From Macrostomum lignano (Eukaryota): a DNA stretch of 64,000 nt. Numbering within the stretch: position 1 is the stretch's first letter; every line of letters begins with the position of its first letter. Below are positions 9,660-24,255 of the stretch, piece by piece. Under the pieces are notes generated by a model, which saw only the letters and a program-made list of their open reading frames with translations, did no database searches and had not been told where the DNA came from. Where the stretch lies: assembly GCA_002269645.1 (NCBI GenBank), contig NIVC01003930.1:5295-69294 (forward strand), read 5' to 3'. A program made the position numbers and the translations under genes.

Positions 9660-10081
9660 CCCTAACACAGAGCACAGAGATTGGCCACCCCTCTTATCTC
9701 TGCAATGTTTAGCCGTTCCCAATGCACAGAGATAGGATCCTCTCCGCAGTGTATTTTTCCTATATCCTTTTTGCCGCCTATCTCGCCAGTGCTAGTGCGG
9801 CAGTATCATGAATCGCCTCCATCTCCGCAGTGCTTAGCCGTCCCCAATGCACAGAGATAGAGCTCATATCTCTGCAGTGCTTAGCCGTCCCCAATGCACA
9901 GAGATAGAGCTCATATCTCTGCAGTGCTTAGCCGTCCCCAATGTACAGAGATAGAGCTCATATCTCTGCAGTGCTTAGCCGTCCCCAATGCACAGAGATA
10001 GGGCTCATATCTCCGCAGTGTATTTTTCCCTGTACATTTGCATTGCCGCCTATCTCGCCAGTGCTAGTGCGGCAGTATCAT
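9660..10081. repeat. Subterminal repeat region: 47-bp hairpin-forming tandem units plus a 39-bp direct repeat
   Basis: Unit CCGTCCCCAATGCACAGAGATAGAGCTCATATCTCTGCAGTGCTTAG with period 47 (9841, 9888, 9935, 9982) contains CAGAGATA/TATCTCTG inverted arms. TTGCCGCCTATCTCGCCAGTGCTAGTGCGGCAGTATCAT occurs at 9771-9809 and 10043-10081. Confidence 0.85.
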
Positions 10082-10320
10082 AATTCGCCCTACTACTCCT
10101 GTCAATGAGACGTCATGGCAGATGTCAGCGAAACGTGTGTTCTCAAATCTCTTCTTCACTTTGTGCAAGTTGACTGTCACTAGAATGCGCACAGCATCTG
10201 CATACACTTTGGGACGTCATTAATTTAGAGAAACGGTGACTACATATTTGAGTTTAGGGGCCATATGCTTACTAAAAGATCTGAACGCACATAAAAATTT
10301 GAAGTTTTTTACACACTATA

Positions 10321-10830
10321 TATCTACTCCCGCATGAGGATCTACTCCCACCTGAGGATCTACTCCCACCTGAGGATCTACTCCCACCTGAGGATCTAAA
10401 CCCACCTGAGGATCTACTCCCACATGAGAATCTAATCCCACATGAGGATCTAATCCCGCATGAGGATCTAATCCCACATGAGGATCTACTCCCACATGTG
10501 GATCTAAACCCACTTGAGGATCTAAAGCCACCTGAGGATCTACTCCCACATGTGGATCTACTCCCAACCAGAGGATCTACTTCCACCTGAGGATATACTC
10601 CCATCTGACCTAATCCCGCATATGAGAATATAATCCCACTCGAAGATCTAATCCGACTCGAAGATCTAATCCCACTCGAGGATCTAATCCCACTCGAGGA
10701 TCTAATCCCACTCGAGGATCTAATCTCACTCGAGGATCTAATCCCACTCGAGGATCTAATCCCGCATGAGGATCTAACCCGCATGAGGATCTAACCCGCA
10801 TGAGGATCTACTCTTGCATAAGGATCCAAT
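10321..10830. repeat. 18-bp minisatellite (GAGGATCTAMTCCCACNT), two blocks
   Basis: Directly visible tandem array just outside the putative Maverick terminus. Confidence 0.9.
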
Positions 10831-11356
10831 CCCCATGAGAATGAGGATCCCTGTGTGAATCATACCAACTCGTTCGGCAGTCTCTTAATGCACAGATGTA
10901 CTTTTCAAAAGCACTTTTATGCGTTGAAAAGTGTACCACAAATTGATTCATTTGTCGCTACACTAGCAAATTTAAACTTTTCTTCTACAGGACAGGAACA
11001 GCAGAGCTCAGTAGGAATATTTCAAGTCCGGTCAGGTTTAGTCAGTGCGCTCATTTACACACTGAGCAGTGCTAGGCTGACAGCTTGATAAAGTGAGGCA
11101 GCTGGGACACCGCGAGGTTCTCTTGCACATGCAAATGAGGCAGCAGGGCTGACCTCTGCACGGCCGGCCTCAGCTCATCAATTATATTGCGCGCAGCTGA
11201 CAGCCCACGCTCTCAAACGATACTGCCGACTGTAATCTCTTCCACTGGTGGATTATGGGAGGATATATGCCACTATTTGCAGCCGCGTGCACAGGACTCT
11301 CTTTCATCAGCAACTTTAGTTTCTCGCTATTTACAAGATAGCCGGTGCATGTTAGT

Positions 11357-13046
<1,690 letters not shown>

Positions 13047-14652
13047 TTTCCAGTATTTGGTTTAAAAATTTATAATGATAGTAACCTAAATATTAGAATT
13101 TGCTTTAACTCAGTTTCGAAATTCAGTATGGAGACTGAAAGTAGCTGACCAACGACAGAAAATAATAACTGGCGCTCCTACTGCATGGTGAATGAGGTTA
13201 TAAATGCCTGACCATTCGTGCCTAGTGAACTCAGTTGAGAAATACTCGTACTTTACCCGCTTCTTGACTTTCGAGTAGCTGCAGGTTGGTCCATTGGACA
13301 CAACGGGGAGGCAAGTGTCATCCATTCCGCTAGCCCCTGAAGACCCGCAGACAGGCAAAGGTACGAAGTCGGTCAGGGTGGTCCCCCAGTCTGTCCTACA
13401 GTGTGGTCCTCTGGAGAAAAGAGTGTGGCACGTCTTGTTGTCCGGAGGAACTGGATGAGCTGGAGGAACTGGTTAGTTTTACCAGCATCCATCTGTTAAT
13501 AACATTCGGGGCAACCGTAGCGAGAATTGTATTTTTTTACGAGCGTAAGAGGTTTAGCTCTTCAAACTGACACAAATAACCTGCCAAAACTCAACCAGCA
13601 TACATATCTTTGAAATTGGTCTTGGTTCATTAAAAACTGATAGCTTTATTGTTGATAATAAAAATACACGTTGCTCGTCACAATCAAATGGCTTTTCACC
13701 AGAGAAGTGTTGATACAAGTGTTGCACATCGCAGCAGAGAAAGCATTATGGAGAAAAGAAGCTCTCGTATAGAAGCGAATTTATTTGGGTCATTCAATTT
13801 AAAGCTATCATATTTATTAAAGATCGTGTCCTGCACTCAAAGCATCTACGTTGAATAATTAAAAAACGTTGAATATATTGATATTTTGTTTTATTTTGAT
13901 ATTATAATAATTTCTTCACGCAAGTTATGACAACACTAGCTATAGCTAAAACTACAAATACTACTCTAATAAAAACTACTAATAGTTGAGTCTGCGTTTT
14001 TAAAAATGGTTAGCAACAAAATTCACAAAACCTACGGAACCTTGTCTTTCATATTAATTAAAAGCAATAAATACGAAGAATGCGTAAATTTTTTATAATA
14101 GCTAATGAAAAACTTCTAGAATAATTTTTTAAACATTCAGCTGAATCAGTTATAAAGGTCTTGGGAATAAAAAAGTAATAAAAACTTGAATTAAAAAGTC
14201 GGAATAAAAATGGAAAAGCATATGCATCAAATTCACCGTATAAAAAGTATGATAGTGAAGCAGTGTGTGCTCCCTGCAGTGCGCTTTTCATGATCGAATC
14301 AAATCCCTTTTTGAATTCGAAAAAAACTGCTTAAAGTTTTCATGTACTCGTAGTTGTGTTTTTATCGGTTTTAGACTTAAAATAAAGTATTTTCTGCTGA
14401 AACAAAAGCAAATTCAAAGCTTTTCTACTGGCATTCTTATCGTAATATGTTTTAAGACCGTAATTTAATTTGTTAATTTCATACTTCTATTGTCGATCCT
14501 ATATACTAAAAATTCTGACCTAATTTCGAGATTTCACCTGTAATAAGAGATATTAGGCAGCTCACAATAACTTTTAGTCGTAAGAGTAAAAAGAAACTAT
14601 CTGTCTCAGGTAGCCAATAGTTTGCAATCAGCTTGATTACCAACAGTCACTG

Positions 14653-17600
14653 CTACTTTCTACCTTGGTCAGTTTCAGGTTCCTGCTGGCTCTGCTGTGG
14701 CAGACGTTTCAGGATTTCTAGGATTTCTTGGAGGCTGAGATTCTGAGCGTGCTCAAGTTCCTTAAACTTGCGCTGTAAGTGCGCTAGATCCTCGCTGGTC
14801 TCAGATTGCACTTGTGCCATGTTGTTCTCAAAATGCGCTTTTAGCTGTTCGAAGTCGCTTCGATTTTTTTCCAATTCTTGAGACAGCCTTGGACGAATCT
14901 TACGCAGTTGTTGAGCTTGGTAACGCAGGTAACGCAGGTATGACTTTTTATATTTTTTCCCGTCTATTACAACCTGTAAGGCAAGAGAAGAAAGCTGAGT
15001 GCAATAAAATAGGAACTGAAATTACAAACCAATTAAATAGGATTTAATTTTATAGCAAACTACCAAATCAGCTCTCACGTCTTGGTTGTCATCTGGATAA
15101 ATCGAGGCACTCCTTCCAACGCAGGACCGACACAGTTCAGCACGTCTCTGATACATAAGAAGCAGCTCAAAATATCCCTGTCTCCAAATTCCGATGGCCT
15201 TACTGTGAAGTGTACTCACTCGGAGACTAAACAGAGCGATAAGAAGGTTCACCATTACAATGTTCACCAGCAGAAGAAAGACAAACATCGTGAGATTGCG
15301 AAACCAGGACAGCCCGATGGCGTTTGTCACTGAACCGACTTTCTGGGGAGAGCCGCTTGTAGGAGTGTCGAACTCAAGGCGATCGTAGTTGGTAAACAGC
15401 AAGTCAAACGGCATAGTAAAAATCTGCAGCATGACTCGCCACCAGTAGAATGTGTCCCGAGTTTCGCTCTTCTCCGCAGTGATTGACGGGAACAGCAAAT
15501 TGAAGAAGAACACCCCAAAAGACAGGAAAACAATGGCAATGATAGCTAAGAAGGGACCCAAATCTTTGACGATCAAATTCTTCAGTATGACGATGACGGC
15601 CCCGGTTCTTTGCCATGAGCTTAAAAATTCAACAGACCGAAATCCAAAAAAGAGGAACGATGTACTGAAAACAGACTGACACGCGTAAGCAGTGACGTAT
15701 TCAGATTTTCCGAGGATGACCCATTTCCAGACAATGCCAAGCCACAGAAGTAGCAGTGCTATAAAGTCGAACACGTTGTAGACATTTCTCCAGTACATTG
15801 AGCACTTGGTCCTCCTGCTGCTGCAATAAAGTATTTTGTTTGGCGGAAGCGAGAGTAAATCAATCAATTCGAGCACAAAAAACAGCAGCGCGAATGCTGT
15901 CAAAATTACATCAGAAGCCAACGAATCGAATGTCCTCCTAAAGTCGGTAATGAACCAGGCAAAATATAGCATGAATAGTATGTAGATAGCTAAGCTAAAT
16001 GCAAAGTGAGTCCTTGTACTTCCACAGATCTTTGACTTTTTCCACTCTTCTTCAGCCAGTTTGTAGATGCAGTCTGTGGCGTACAGATCTTCGCATTCAG
16101 CAATTTCCACCAGTTCCAAAATAGTGTGTTGCTGAGCCTGTTGCGACTCCTCGCCGCTGCAGCATGTGAGCGCTCTGCTGCTTACATCGTCAGCAATGCT
16201 AAACTTTGGACCTCCGATTTTACTTTTAATGTAGTTGAATAATAGCTGCCTCTCTTCGACATTCCCATTTGTGTACAGATGGTCAAGAGTATTTACAGCA
16301 ATGCTGATGACTTTGCTCTTGAGGCGCTTTAGCTGGTTATAACATTCCTCAGTATTGGCCATTTTTTGCTTCAGCTGAATGATCAGCAGAATGCAGCTGG
16401 GAATCAGCTCGAACTGCCTCGTTAGAATGAGGTCGGGAAGAAGATCAAGCTTATTGCATCTGAGCGCAAGGTCAACTATTCGTATCTCTTCTTCGTTTTC
16501 ATCAATTTTTTCAACATCGCTGGGGTGCTCCTTAGCCCAATACCGAATGAATTTTGCTTCAGTATCTAAACTTGATGGGTCCAGCTTAAGTGCTCTCCGA
16601 AGCGCCCTGGTCGAGCCATCCTTCCAGACTGCCTTGAATACGGAGACTTCAGTCGAAAGCTTGCTTGATGCGTCAGTCGAAGGGTTAGCCTGGTCTGTCT
16701 GTTCTTCTGTTTTAAATTGTGACTGGCCTCGTTCTACTTCATCTATCACCGACTGATCGACAATCTGGCTGATATATTGCATGGCGGCGGTTCGGTCAGG
16801 CAGTTTTAAAGCTGCTCGAGTCGGGTCCAGAAGGCGAAGAAACTCCAGCTCTGATTTCCCCGTTCCCTCCGCAAGCCTTTTTAGCTGATCTGCGCTGCGA
16901 GCGTAATCTACGCAAGTGCGCCCATCATCGTCTCTTGCGTAGATGCTAAGGCTCTTTTTCACTAAGTAAGCAATGTTAGACTTGTGACCGGTCCGGCAGG
17001 CGAAGTGCAGGCAGGTTGCACCCTTGTATGGACCTCTCTCGACTTTTTTGCTCCGCAGTTCGGCTTTCTTCACTCCAGCAATCTCAGAAAGTGGTAGCAT
17101 CAGTTTCACCAGGTTGTACTTGCATGCGAACTCGTGAACTACGTGAACGCCGGCCTTGCTGAGAAAAACTTCTTTTAATTTTTCTTCCCAATTATTTTTT
17201 TTTGCGTCAGTCAAAATGTTAATCAGAATTTCCTCATTTATCTGGGAGCAGTGAAGAAAGTTTTTTCCCATATTGTTTTCCTGCCTAATTCCATCAGCCG
17301 TTTTATCAGCAAAGAATTTCAGAAATTTAAAAAACTTTAATGAAGAATATCCGTTATCGTTATTGCGATTCATGAACACAGCGTGTAAAAGGCTGTTTCC
17401 ATCGGCATCGACTTCTGTGAAAGCTGATTTATCCAGTTTTTTCGATTGCAACTCAAAAGCAGAGAAATTCCATTTCATGCAGGCGTAGAAAAGTATGTTT
17501 CTGTTTCTATTGTCGCGCTTAGCAATGAATTCCCCCCAATCATCAAAGGAAAGTTCCTCCTCAACAATCGAAAGTTCATCTTTTCTTTCGGCCGCAAAGT

Positions 17601-18960
17601 GCAAAACTGTTTGGCCGTCGACATTAGGCTTGTCACAAATTTGCTTTATGCACTCATCTTTCTCTTTGTCTACGCCAGGTTTCTTCATGAGCTCTAATAT
17701 CTTGCGGAATGTTTCTTTTTTCTTGTACCTAGCGGCAGAGTGCAGGTAACCGTTTTCAGACTCATCGGTATGCGTAAAAAACTTATCTATATTATTTTCA
17801 GCGAAAACCTCCACCATCTCTTTTGTCGTGCTGTCTGTGCTATACTGGATAACTGCCTGCAACACCGTCTGATACATTGAGTTCTCCCAATTAAGGCACT
17901 CATCGCCAAATAGCTTTTCCACTACCCGGAACACTTCGCCATCTTTGCAGTTCGGATTCCGGTTCCTAGAGGCGCAGTGGGCCAGCGTGCTTCCGTCGGA
18001 CTCTTTCAGGTTTTTCATTTTCTCAATGACCTCCTCCCATACTTGGGTTGGAACACGGTCCCTTAAGTTTAATCTTGTACTCGTTTCGTATTTTCCTTCC
18101 TGTTGCTGACCATTGGTTGTTGAGGAGCCTTGGTGATCTGAATCATTGCTCTCACCTCTCAGGATGACTGAAATAAAGTGATTTATCGCCTGTTCAAGCA
18201 GATCCTTTACAGTTTCGGCACTGCAGTGCTCAACTGCCTCATGCAGCACCGTGCGACCTCTGTTGTTTCGCCATAGCAACCGATGTGGGTTGTTTCCGTG
18301 GAGCACCGATTTGATGACTTCTTCATCTCCAGTGTTTCTAGCAGCAAAGTGGGCCAGCGTGTCTCCCAGTTTATTTCTATGAGTTGAGCTCCGCAACTCT
18401 TGTACCGCATCTGGAAATAGCTTATTAAACTGCTGCAGTGAATAGTTCTGAGCAGCATATTGAAGCGGAGTTACAGAGTTGCAGTCTTCATGCTTCAGAC
18501 AAGACGTACCCAGTTTTTGTACTAATTTCTTGAGCAGTTCTGCTCCTTCAGCCCTCATTGCGGCATAGTGAGCGGCAGTTCTCTGGTGCTTGTCGTATTG
18601 CAGCCCAAGCTGTTGGGCGGACTTGTCTGCAACAAATTTAACCGCTTCTTTAAATTTTCCATCGAGTACGTTAACCAGCAGATCGCTCATGAATCCGTAA
18701 TCCAGAGGCGGCCGTTTCTGCAGCCCATCATCCTCATCATCCTCAGAATCTTGATTATCAGGTATCTCTTCCTTCTTCCAGTCAATCGCCCAAAGTTGAC
18801 CAATACGGTTAGGAACCTTGTATGAGTCAGTCGCTGCAAATTCATTCCTGAAGACATCTCCGTCAGATGGCGCGTGCCTTTCGACTTCAGTTGGATCTGA
18901 GACTGAGCTGTTTGAACTCTTACTACCCTGCTCGTCAGTAGGGTGATCGGCAGTAGGCAT
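14653..18960 (-). CDS. Ankyrin-repeat TRP cation channel with TRPM-like transmembrane core; 2 coding exons (18960-15079, 14973-14653), about 1400 aa
   Basis: About 14 ankyrin-like repeats (e.g. GDTLAHFAARN, GRTVLHEAVEH, GQTVLHFAAER, GATCLHFACRTG). Six hydrophobic segments with YWRNVYNVFDF, FRSVEFL..GAVIVILKNLIVKDLGPFL, NIVMVNLLIALF and TRP-helix-like IWRQGYFELLLMY. Donor GAC|GTGAGA at 15079 and acceptor TTCTCTTGCCTTACAG|GTT at 14973 (phase 0) add a coiled-coil C-terminus. Confidence 0.88.
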
Positions 18961-19410
18961 GACTGAGAGTTAGCCCCTATTACCTGTTCAAATAAAATTT
19001 AGAGAATTATGAGCCACTTTTCTATCATTTATAAGCGCAAATTAATTAAACTGGCGTAGCATCTGTTTTTGATGAAAATTAAATAAACGCTTCTAAAGTA
19101 TCTAGTCTTGTAGCATTAATTAAAACAACAGATTAAAAAAATATTTTTTACGTATATAAACATACATATATATATATACTATATCCACCGTATTTTTGTT
19201 GAGGTTTATATTTGTGGGATATAAACCTCAAAAAAAAAAATATCAAATAAATATTCAGTCTTATAGCCATGCTACTTTGGTGCTAATACTAAAAATCTTC
19301 CCCCTTTTGGAGAGGAAACAAAGAAAAGAATATATTATTTAACAAACTACGCTCGTACACGTAGGTTTCAAGCTTGCTAATATTCTAATATAAATAATGT
19401 CAAAGTAAAT

Positions 19411-19962
19411 AAAGCATCAGCCCTGAAAGCCAGTTTTCTAGCTTAGGATATCAGCATCCCTGTGAGCTATGACTCAAAGCATCTGAGCAAACATCATGTG
19501 CAACAGAATCCCCCTATGAGCCTTGACATCTTAGCAATCCCCCTATGAGCCTTGACATCTCAGCAATTCCCTTATGAGCCTTGACATCTCAGCAATTTCC
19601 TTATGAGCCTTGAAAATTTAAAAATTCCCCCGATGAGTATTAACTTGCTCTGAGATGTCAAAGCTCATAAAAAAACTGTTCGATGGCCGGATTTTTAAAC
19701 TCCGGCCCGTGGCTCATTGGGCTAGGGGCTTAAGGTTCAACCATAAAAGAATTAAGACTCGTAGAGGAACCGCTATGATGTCAAGATACATCATGGCATG
19801 GGGGATTTCTGAGCTGTCAAGGGTTATGAGAGAATTGCTGAGATGCTTGGCTCATTGGATGTTGTTCTTATGCTTCATCTTGAGCCAATGTTCATAGAGT
19901 ACATTCGTATGCTGATATCTCAGGCTAGATAGCTGGCTGGCTTTCTGAGCTGCGGCTTTTTT
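19411..19962. mobile_element. Degenerate foldback/MITE-like element with imperfect inverted arms and an internal 29-bp tandem repeat
   Basis: AAAGCATCAGCCCTGAAAGCCAG..CTAGCTTAGGATATCAGCAT (19411-19457) is an imperfect reverse complement of about 19909-19960. CCCTATGAGCCTTGACATCTCAGCAAT x4 at 19510-19612 is mirrored at about 19800-19855. Confidence 0.55.
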
Positions 19963-21519
19963 CTTTTACAAATCATTTTACCTATTAACAATGGTGACTG
20001 TACCGTAGGTCAAAACTTGCATATTGTTAACAGGGACTACTCAAACATCGGGACGGCCCGGGAAACTAGGCAAATCATGGCGAAGTTTTTACGAGACTGG
20101 TAAATCTATGGCCGCGCCAATGCAGCAGTAGCTATTTCAATATTTCAATAAATCTTCAATTAATTTTTGGCATTTCTGTAGCTAATTGGAATAAACTGAT
20201 TTGTTTTCAAATTTATTCAAAGTGAAACTTTATAGGATTTTTAAGCTCGTGTACGTACGAGTAATTCTGCTGAAAATTATTGTTTCCAAGAAATTCACTA
20301 CATATTTAAGCATGACCTTTTGTGAATATTGGACTTTTGACAACAACCTTAACCGTCAGTCTCAATATTTCTCTTCTTTTAGATTCAGGTCTGATAGGTG
20401 AAGAAGCTATTTAAGCTACTCTACGACCCATACTACTAGTAGTACTGTACTCTAAGCACCTTTTACAACTGGATATCCAAGTAGCCCAATTTCGCACTCT
20501 CAAATAGCCAGTTAATGCACAATCAGAATGAGAATAAGCACTGGAAAGGCGCTCTCACATCGGAGCGAAGAAACAACGGACTCTACTTGCCTCGACCGCA
20601 GCTATCGAGGCAGACCAGCTCCGGACCAGCCGACCTCAATACAAAAAGGATGATAACGAAGCTGAGGTTTGAGGGTCAAGCCAGCAGCCTGCGAATGCGT
20701 GACACAAAAGACTCGCGGCAAATTGCTTTTAGTTGGGGGGCTTGAAGGTTGTCTAATATCGTCAAGCTCCATGAGCGCTAACCCTAGCCCGCTCAAACTA
20801 TTGATTGCTTTGCATTGTGCCTATTCTCTTTTGTTGCATTTCTGATACTCTGCCTTGAATAAGATTCGGTACGACGAATATTGAGATGTGAACCGCACAC
20901 TCATAATAGGGCAGTTAGCTAAAAGCCAGTGTGTTTGAAAGTCTGTCTGTTCTCTGCAAGCAGGAGACAGCAGGAAACAAAAAGACCTGATATAGAGGTT
21001 CAGCCAATAAGCTAAGAAGTGCTCAACCTGCAGGCGCAGACAGGCTGGCGGCAGGAGGAGCAGGCGCGGACAATAGCATAAAAGAAAGCACCGCTTGAGT
21101 TCGAAGTCGCACTGTTCTAACCTCTAACCAGCTCGTTTGCCCCAGGCAAGAAATGCACTAAAGCAAAGACTATTCTACTGCTCACAGCAGTTGTCAATGT
21201 GATCGTCTCACGCTTCAGATTTTGATGACTAGGTGCCATCTAGTGTGCGATCTGTACCTGTACCATAGCAGTGTAGCTATCTTGCAGTGTACTGCATCAT
21301 TGTCGCGTAGTGCAACCATTTCGGTTGGTGTGGGTCCATAAAATCAATTGGAATTTAATACTCTTAAAATGGGGTCTAACAATGTCTAGATAATTTCTGA
21401 CACGATAATTCTTGGCACACTGAAATTTATAGATTAGACTGATACTATTCCCAGGAAAATCCAACTCTCCTTGTAGGTTTCAAGTTAGAGTTCAGTATAG
21501 CTACAAGTTAGCTTCAGTT

Positions 21520-21785
21520 TTAGGTAGGATAGGATAGGGTAAGAGTAAGGTTAGGGTGGAATCTGTGTAGGGTATGATAAGGTACGGTGACTAAAATATG
21601 AACCCACGCCTAACCATCAAATAACCTACCCTATCCTCCCTAACACTGCCCTATTTACTTACCCTACCTCAATACCTGTATAACTTAGGGTAGGGTTAGG
21701 CTAGGTTTAAGTAGGGTAAGGTAAGGTAGGATAGGTAATTCTACTCTTAAGGTAAGGTAGGGTAGGGTAGGGTTACTGTAGGTGA
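21520..21785. repeat. Degenerate TAGGG/TAAGG low-complexity blocks with alternating strand polarity
   Basis: G-rich block 21520-21590, C-rich block 21620-21680, G-rich block 21685-21785. Confidence 0.6.
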
Positions 21786-23991
21786 TGAATCAAGGAGTTG
21801 CAGGAATCAGCTAACAATGGAGTCAAAAAGTAGTGTTTTTGTCAAAATAATATTAGCAAAGATATCTTATACTCGTACAATCGTAAAAAGCTCAAACTTC
21901 AACGCTTACCTGGGATCAAAATTGGTTTGAAAAGTAAAATTAAAGCGACTCTGTTTTAAAAACCACGACGGGACTACTTATGGCACGATTCTGTGCCAAG
22001 CCAGCAAAACCGCACCCGACTGTCGCCTGGGCAGGATTTTGAAGAGCGAGATTTTGTTATAATATACTTTTCAGCCACTAAATTATAGGCTGTGCTGTGC
22101 TCCGTCTGTACGGTATTCCTGGGCCTAGCAATGGATGCATCCTGGCATAATATCTGGAAGATAAAGGGGTGCAGAGATGTATTTTTTGCATCGATTTTAA
22201 CAAAAGAACTGAGAAGAGGCCGAATACAATTGAATAGAGAAGACTGGCGGCCCAGTTGGCCGCACCGCACCCGTTATGAGATGATTTCAGCATATCTGCC
22301 TTTAGTAGTGCGGGTTGGCAGAACGCTGCCAAGAGAGCACTATAAGGAGATCGAAGGGCAGAAAGTGGCGAGGGGCGGGGACGAGAGAAGAGTATGTGAA
22401 GAGTTCGCCTTTGGCACACTCGAGAATGAGAAGGAGAGAAGAGAGAAAGAGAGGAAGAGAATTGGGTTTAATGTCTAAAGGTATGGACTCGGGCCACTTC
22501 CAAGTCTGTGAGCACATTTCAGTGATCTATAACTGTTGCAGACTCCTCTTCTTGCGGCACATCATCGTCTATCACCTCACGTAGGTCTCTTCTCCGGGAT
22601 CTGAACTTGGTCCGTACCCGAGAGTTTACGCGCTAGTTTACAATAAAATTCTATTCCTTGAGCTCAGAGGTCTAAAATAGAGATTAGCCTAATAATAGTC
22701 TAGTTAGTCCTGTTTGTGAGGAATGGAGAAAGCTTTAGAGAAAGATTTTACAGATATTCCACAAAAACCCGATTGCATACACAACAACTATTCTAGAATA
22801 ATCAAAAGCAGAAATCGAATTTCTTACTCACAGTAGGGCATTCAAAAAGATTGCATTGAAACTTTGCGATGGAAAATATGTATAGAAGTTGTTGAATTTC
22901 CAAACTAGAAAGTTCGATTCAAAATTAGTTTCGCATCCAATTTCGGTCAGTGGTCGGTTTCAGACTCATGCAGACTTCTCCAGCGGGTTAGTACTTACGT
23001 TTTTGAGTAGGCTTAAGTGCGCTTGTGGGTTGAAATTTCATGATTTAATCTACCTCTCTCTGTCTACTTCGTAGTTCCAACTTGTCATTCTTATCCCTCT
23101 TCATCTCTGCCTTTTGAGTGGCTGCTTAATCTGCCTCCGTCCACAAGCTCCCTCCTAACTCTCACATGTTTTCAACCCCCTCCCATAGTTTACTGACATA
23201 AATACTCGTACATTTGGCTCAGGCCGTAAAGACGGTCTCAAACCACAGTGAAGACTAATGTACAATATTTCATGCACTGTCGGAAAAAAGCATTAAAACA
23301 GTCATAGAGTAAATAAGAGTAAGTCCGAAAATATGCTAAAATACTTTCATTACTACTATGAATTATAGAAATTCGAAATACAATATGAATACAGGTAATA
23401 ACTGACGAGGAATTGAATTACATTATGAAAGCTGAGTAAGTAAGCATCAAAACAAAAATTCTAGGATAGAACTTTGGGCTTTTCCAAAAACAACAGAGAG
23501 TGTGCAACATACGGCCAGTCGCTTATGTCTGAACAGCCTGAAATCTGAGTCAGTGACAGGTCACACAGCTGCTGTTTGGGAGGGCAGCAGAAGCAATAAA
23601 TATTTAACCGACGCATCAATCTTCTTTGGTTGATTTCTCCTTTAACAGAGGTTATGAAGAAGCACACAAATTTAACTAATTTGATATATTAAACTGTAAT
23701 TTACGGCACAGAGCTGCATAAATCAAATTTCTCGAACACAGAAGGGTATTCGCAAAAAGCTATAAAGAAACTTACAGTTAGAAGTGTGATGGCAAATTGC
23801 TAGAAAAATTAGCTTCGTGTTCAATATCGTGTTAAATTTTTCAAGATGCAAATTTTTCCAGCCAGTCAGTACTTTAAATAGGCTTAGGTATGCTTGACGG
23901 TTAAATTTGTATGACATGATTTACCTCCAATTTGCGGTTCTTAGAGTTCGTCTGCTCTGCTCAACCGCACCAGCATCCGCTTCATTCGCAC

Positions 23992-24255
23992 TCAGCCACG
24001 GACAAAGAAGTCGCCGCTGCTTTCGCTGCTGAATGCAGCCGGGACCGCAGCGAACTCCAGCAGGTGGCACAGGCGCTGCTGCTGGCTGAAGATCACCGCC
24101 TGGCAACCGGAACTTTTACTGGAGCACAGAGACACGCACTGGATCCGACTCGGAACGCTCACAGTCATAAAGTTCGGCGCATCAGGGATGTTGAGCTCAA
24201 CGAATGTCCGGTTGCCGCGGACGAAGAAGCTGTTACCTTCGATTCGGAATGAATA
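23992..24255 (-). CDS. Terminal exon encoding a PAN/apple domain (not in ORF track)
   Basis: Manual translation: YSFRIEGNSFFVRGNRTFVELNIPDAPNFMTVSVPSRIQCVSLCSSKSSGCQAVIFSQQQRLCHLLEFAAVPAAFSSESSGDFFVRG*. Cys spacing C-x3-C-x6-C-x11-C is PAN-like. The splice acceptor could not be matched in phase. Confidence 0.7.
   Translation of the reverse strand, partial: YSFRIEGNSFFVRGNRTFVELNIPDAPNFMTVSVPSRIQCVSLCSSKSSGCQAVIFSQQQRLCHLLEFAAVPAAFSSESSGDFFVRG

Larger units (their letters stand above)
1..10097. mobile_element. Maverick/Polinton-like (adintovirus-like) element, right-hand portion; left part outside window
   Basis: Contains a protein-primed PolB and intronless accessory ORFs of Maverick type. 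Subterminal tandem repeats end in ...CTACTACT (10090-10097), the reverse complement of the AGTAGT-type terminus known for Polintons. Integrase and capsid genes are not visible, so full element status is inferred. Confidence 0.85.

Noticed and set aside
9825-10020. 47-bp palindromic tandem units as a CRISPR array
   Set aside because: Units are contiguous with no unique spacers, there are no cas genes, and the context is eukaryotic.
13110-13500. GC-richer segment with an 82-aa minus ORF
   Set aside because: No recognisable motif and in-frame stops upstream; cannot assign.
21974-22620. Overlapping ORFs of 70-130 aa
   Set aside because: No recognisable domain; probably a repeat remnant.
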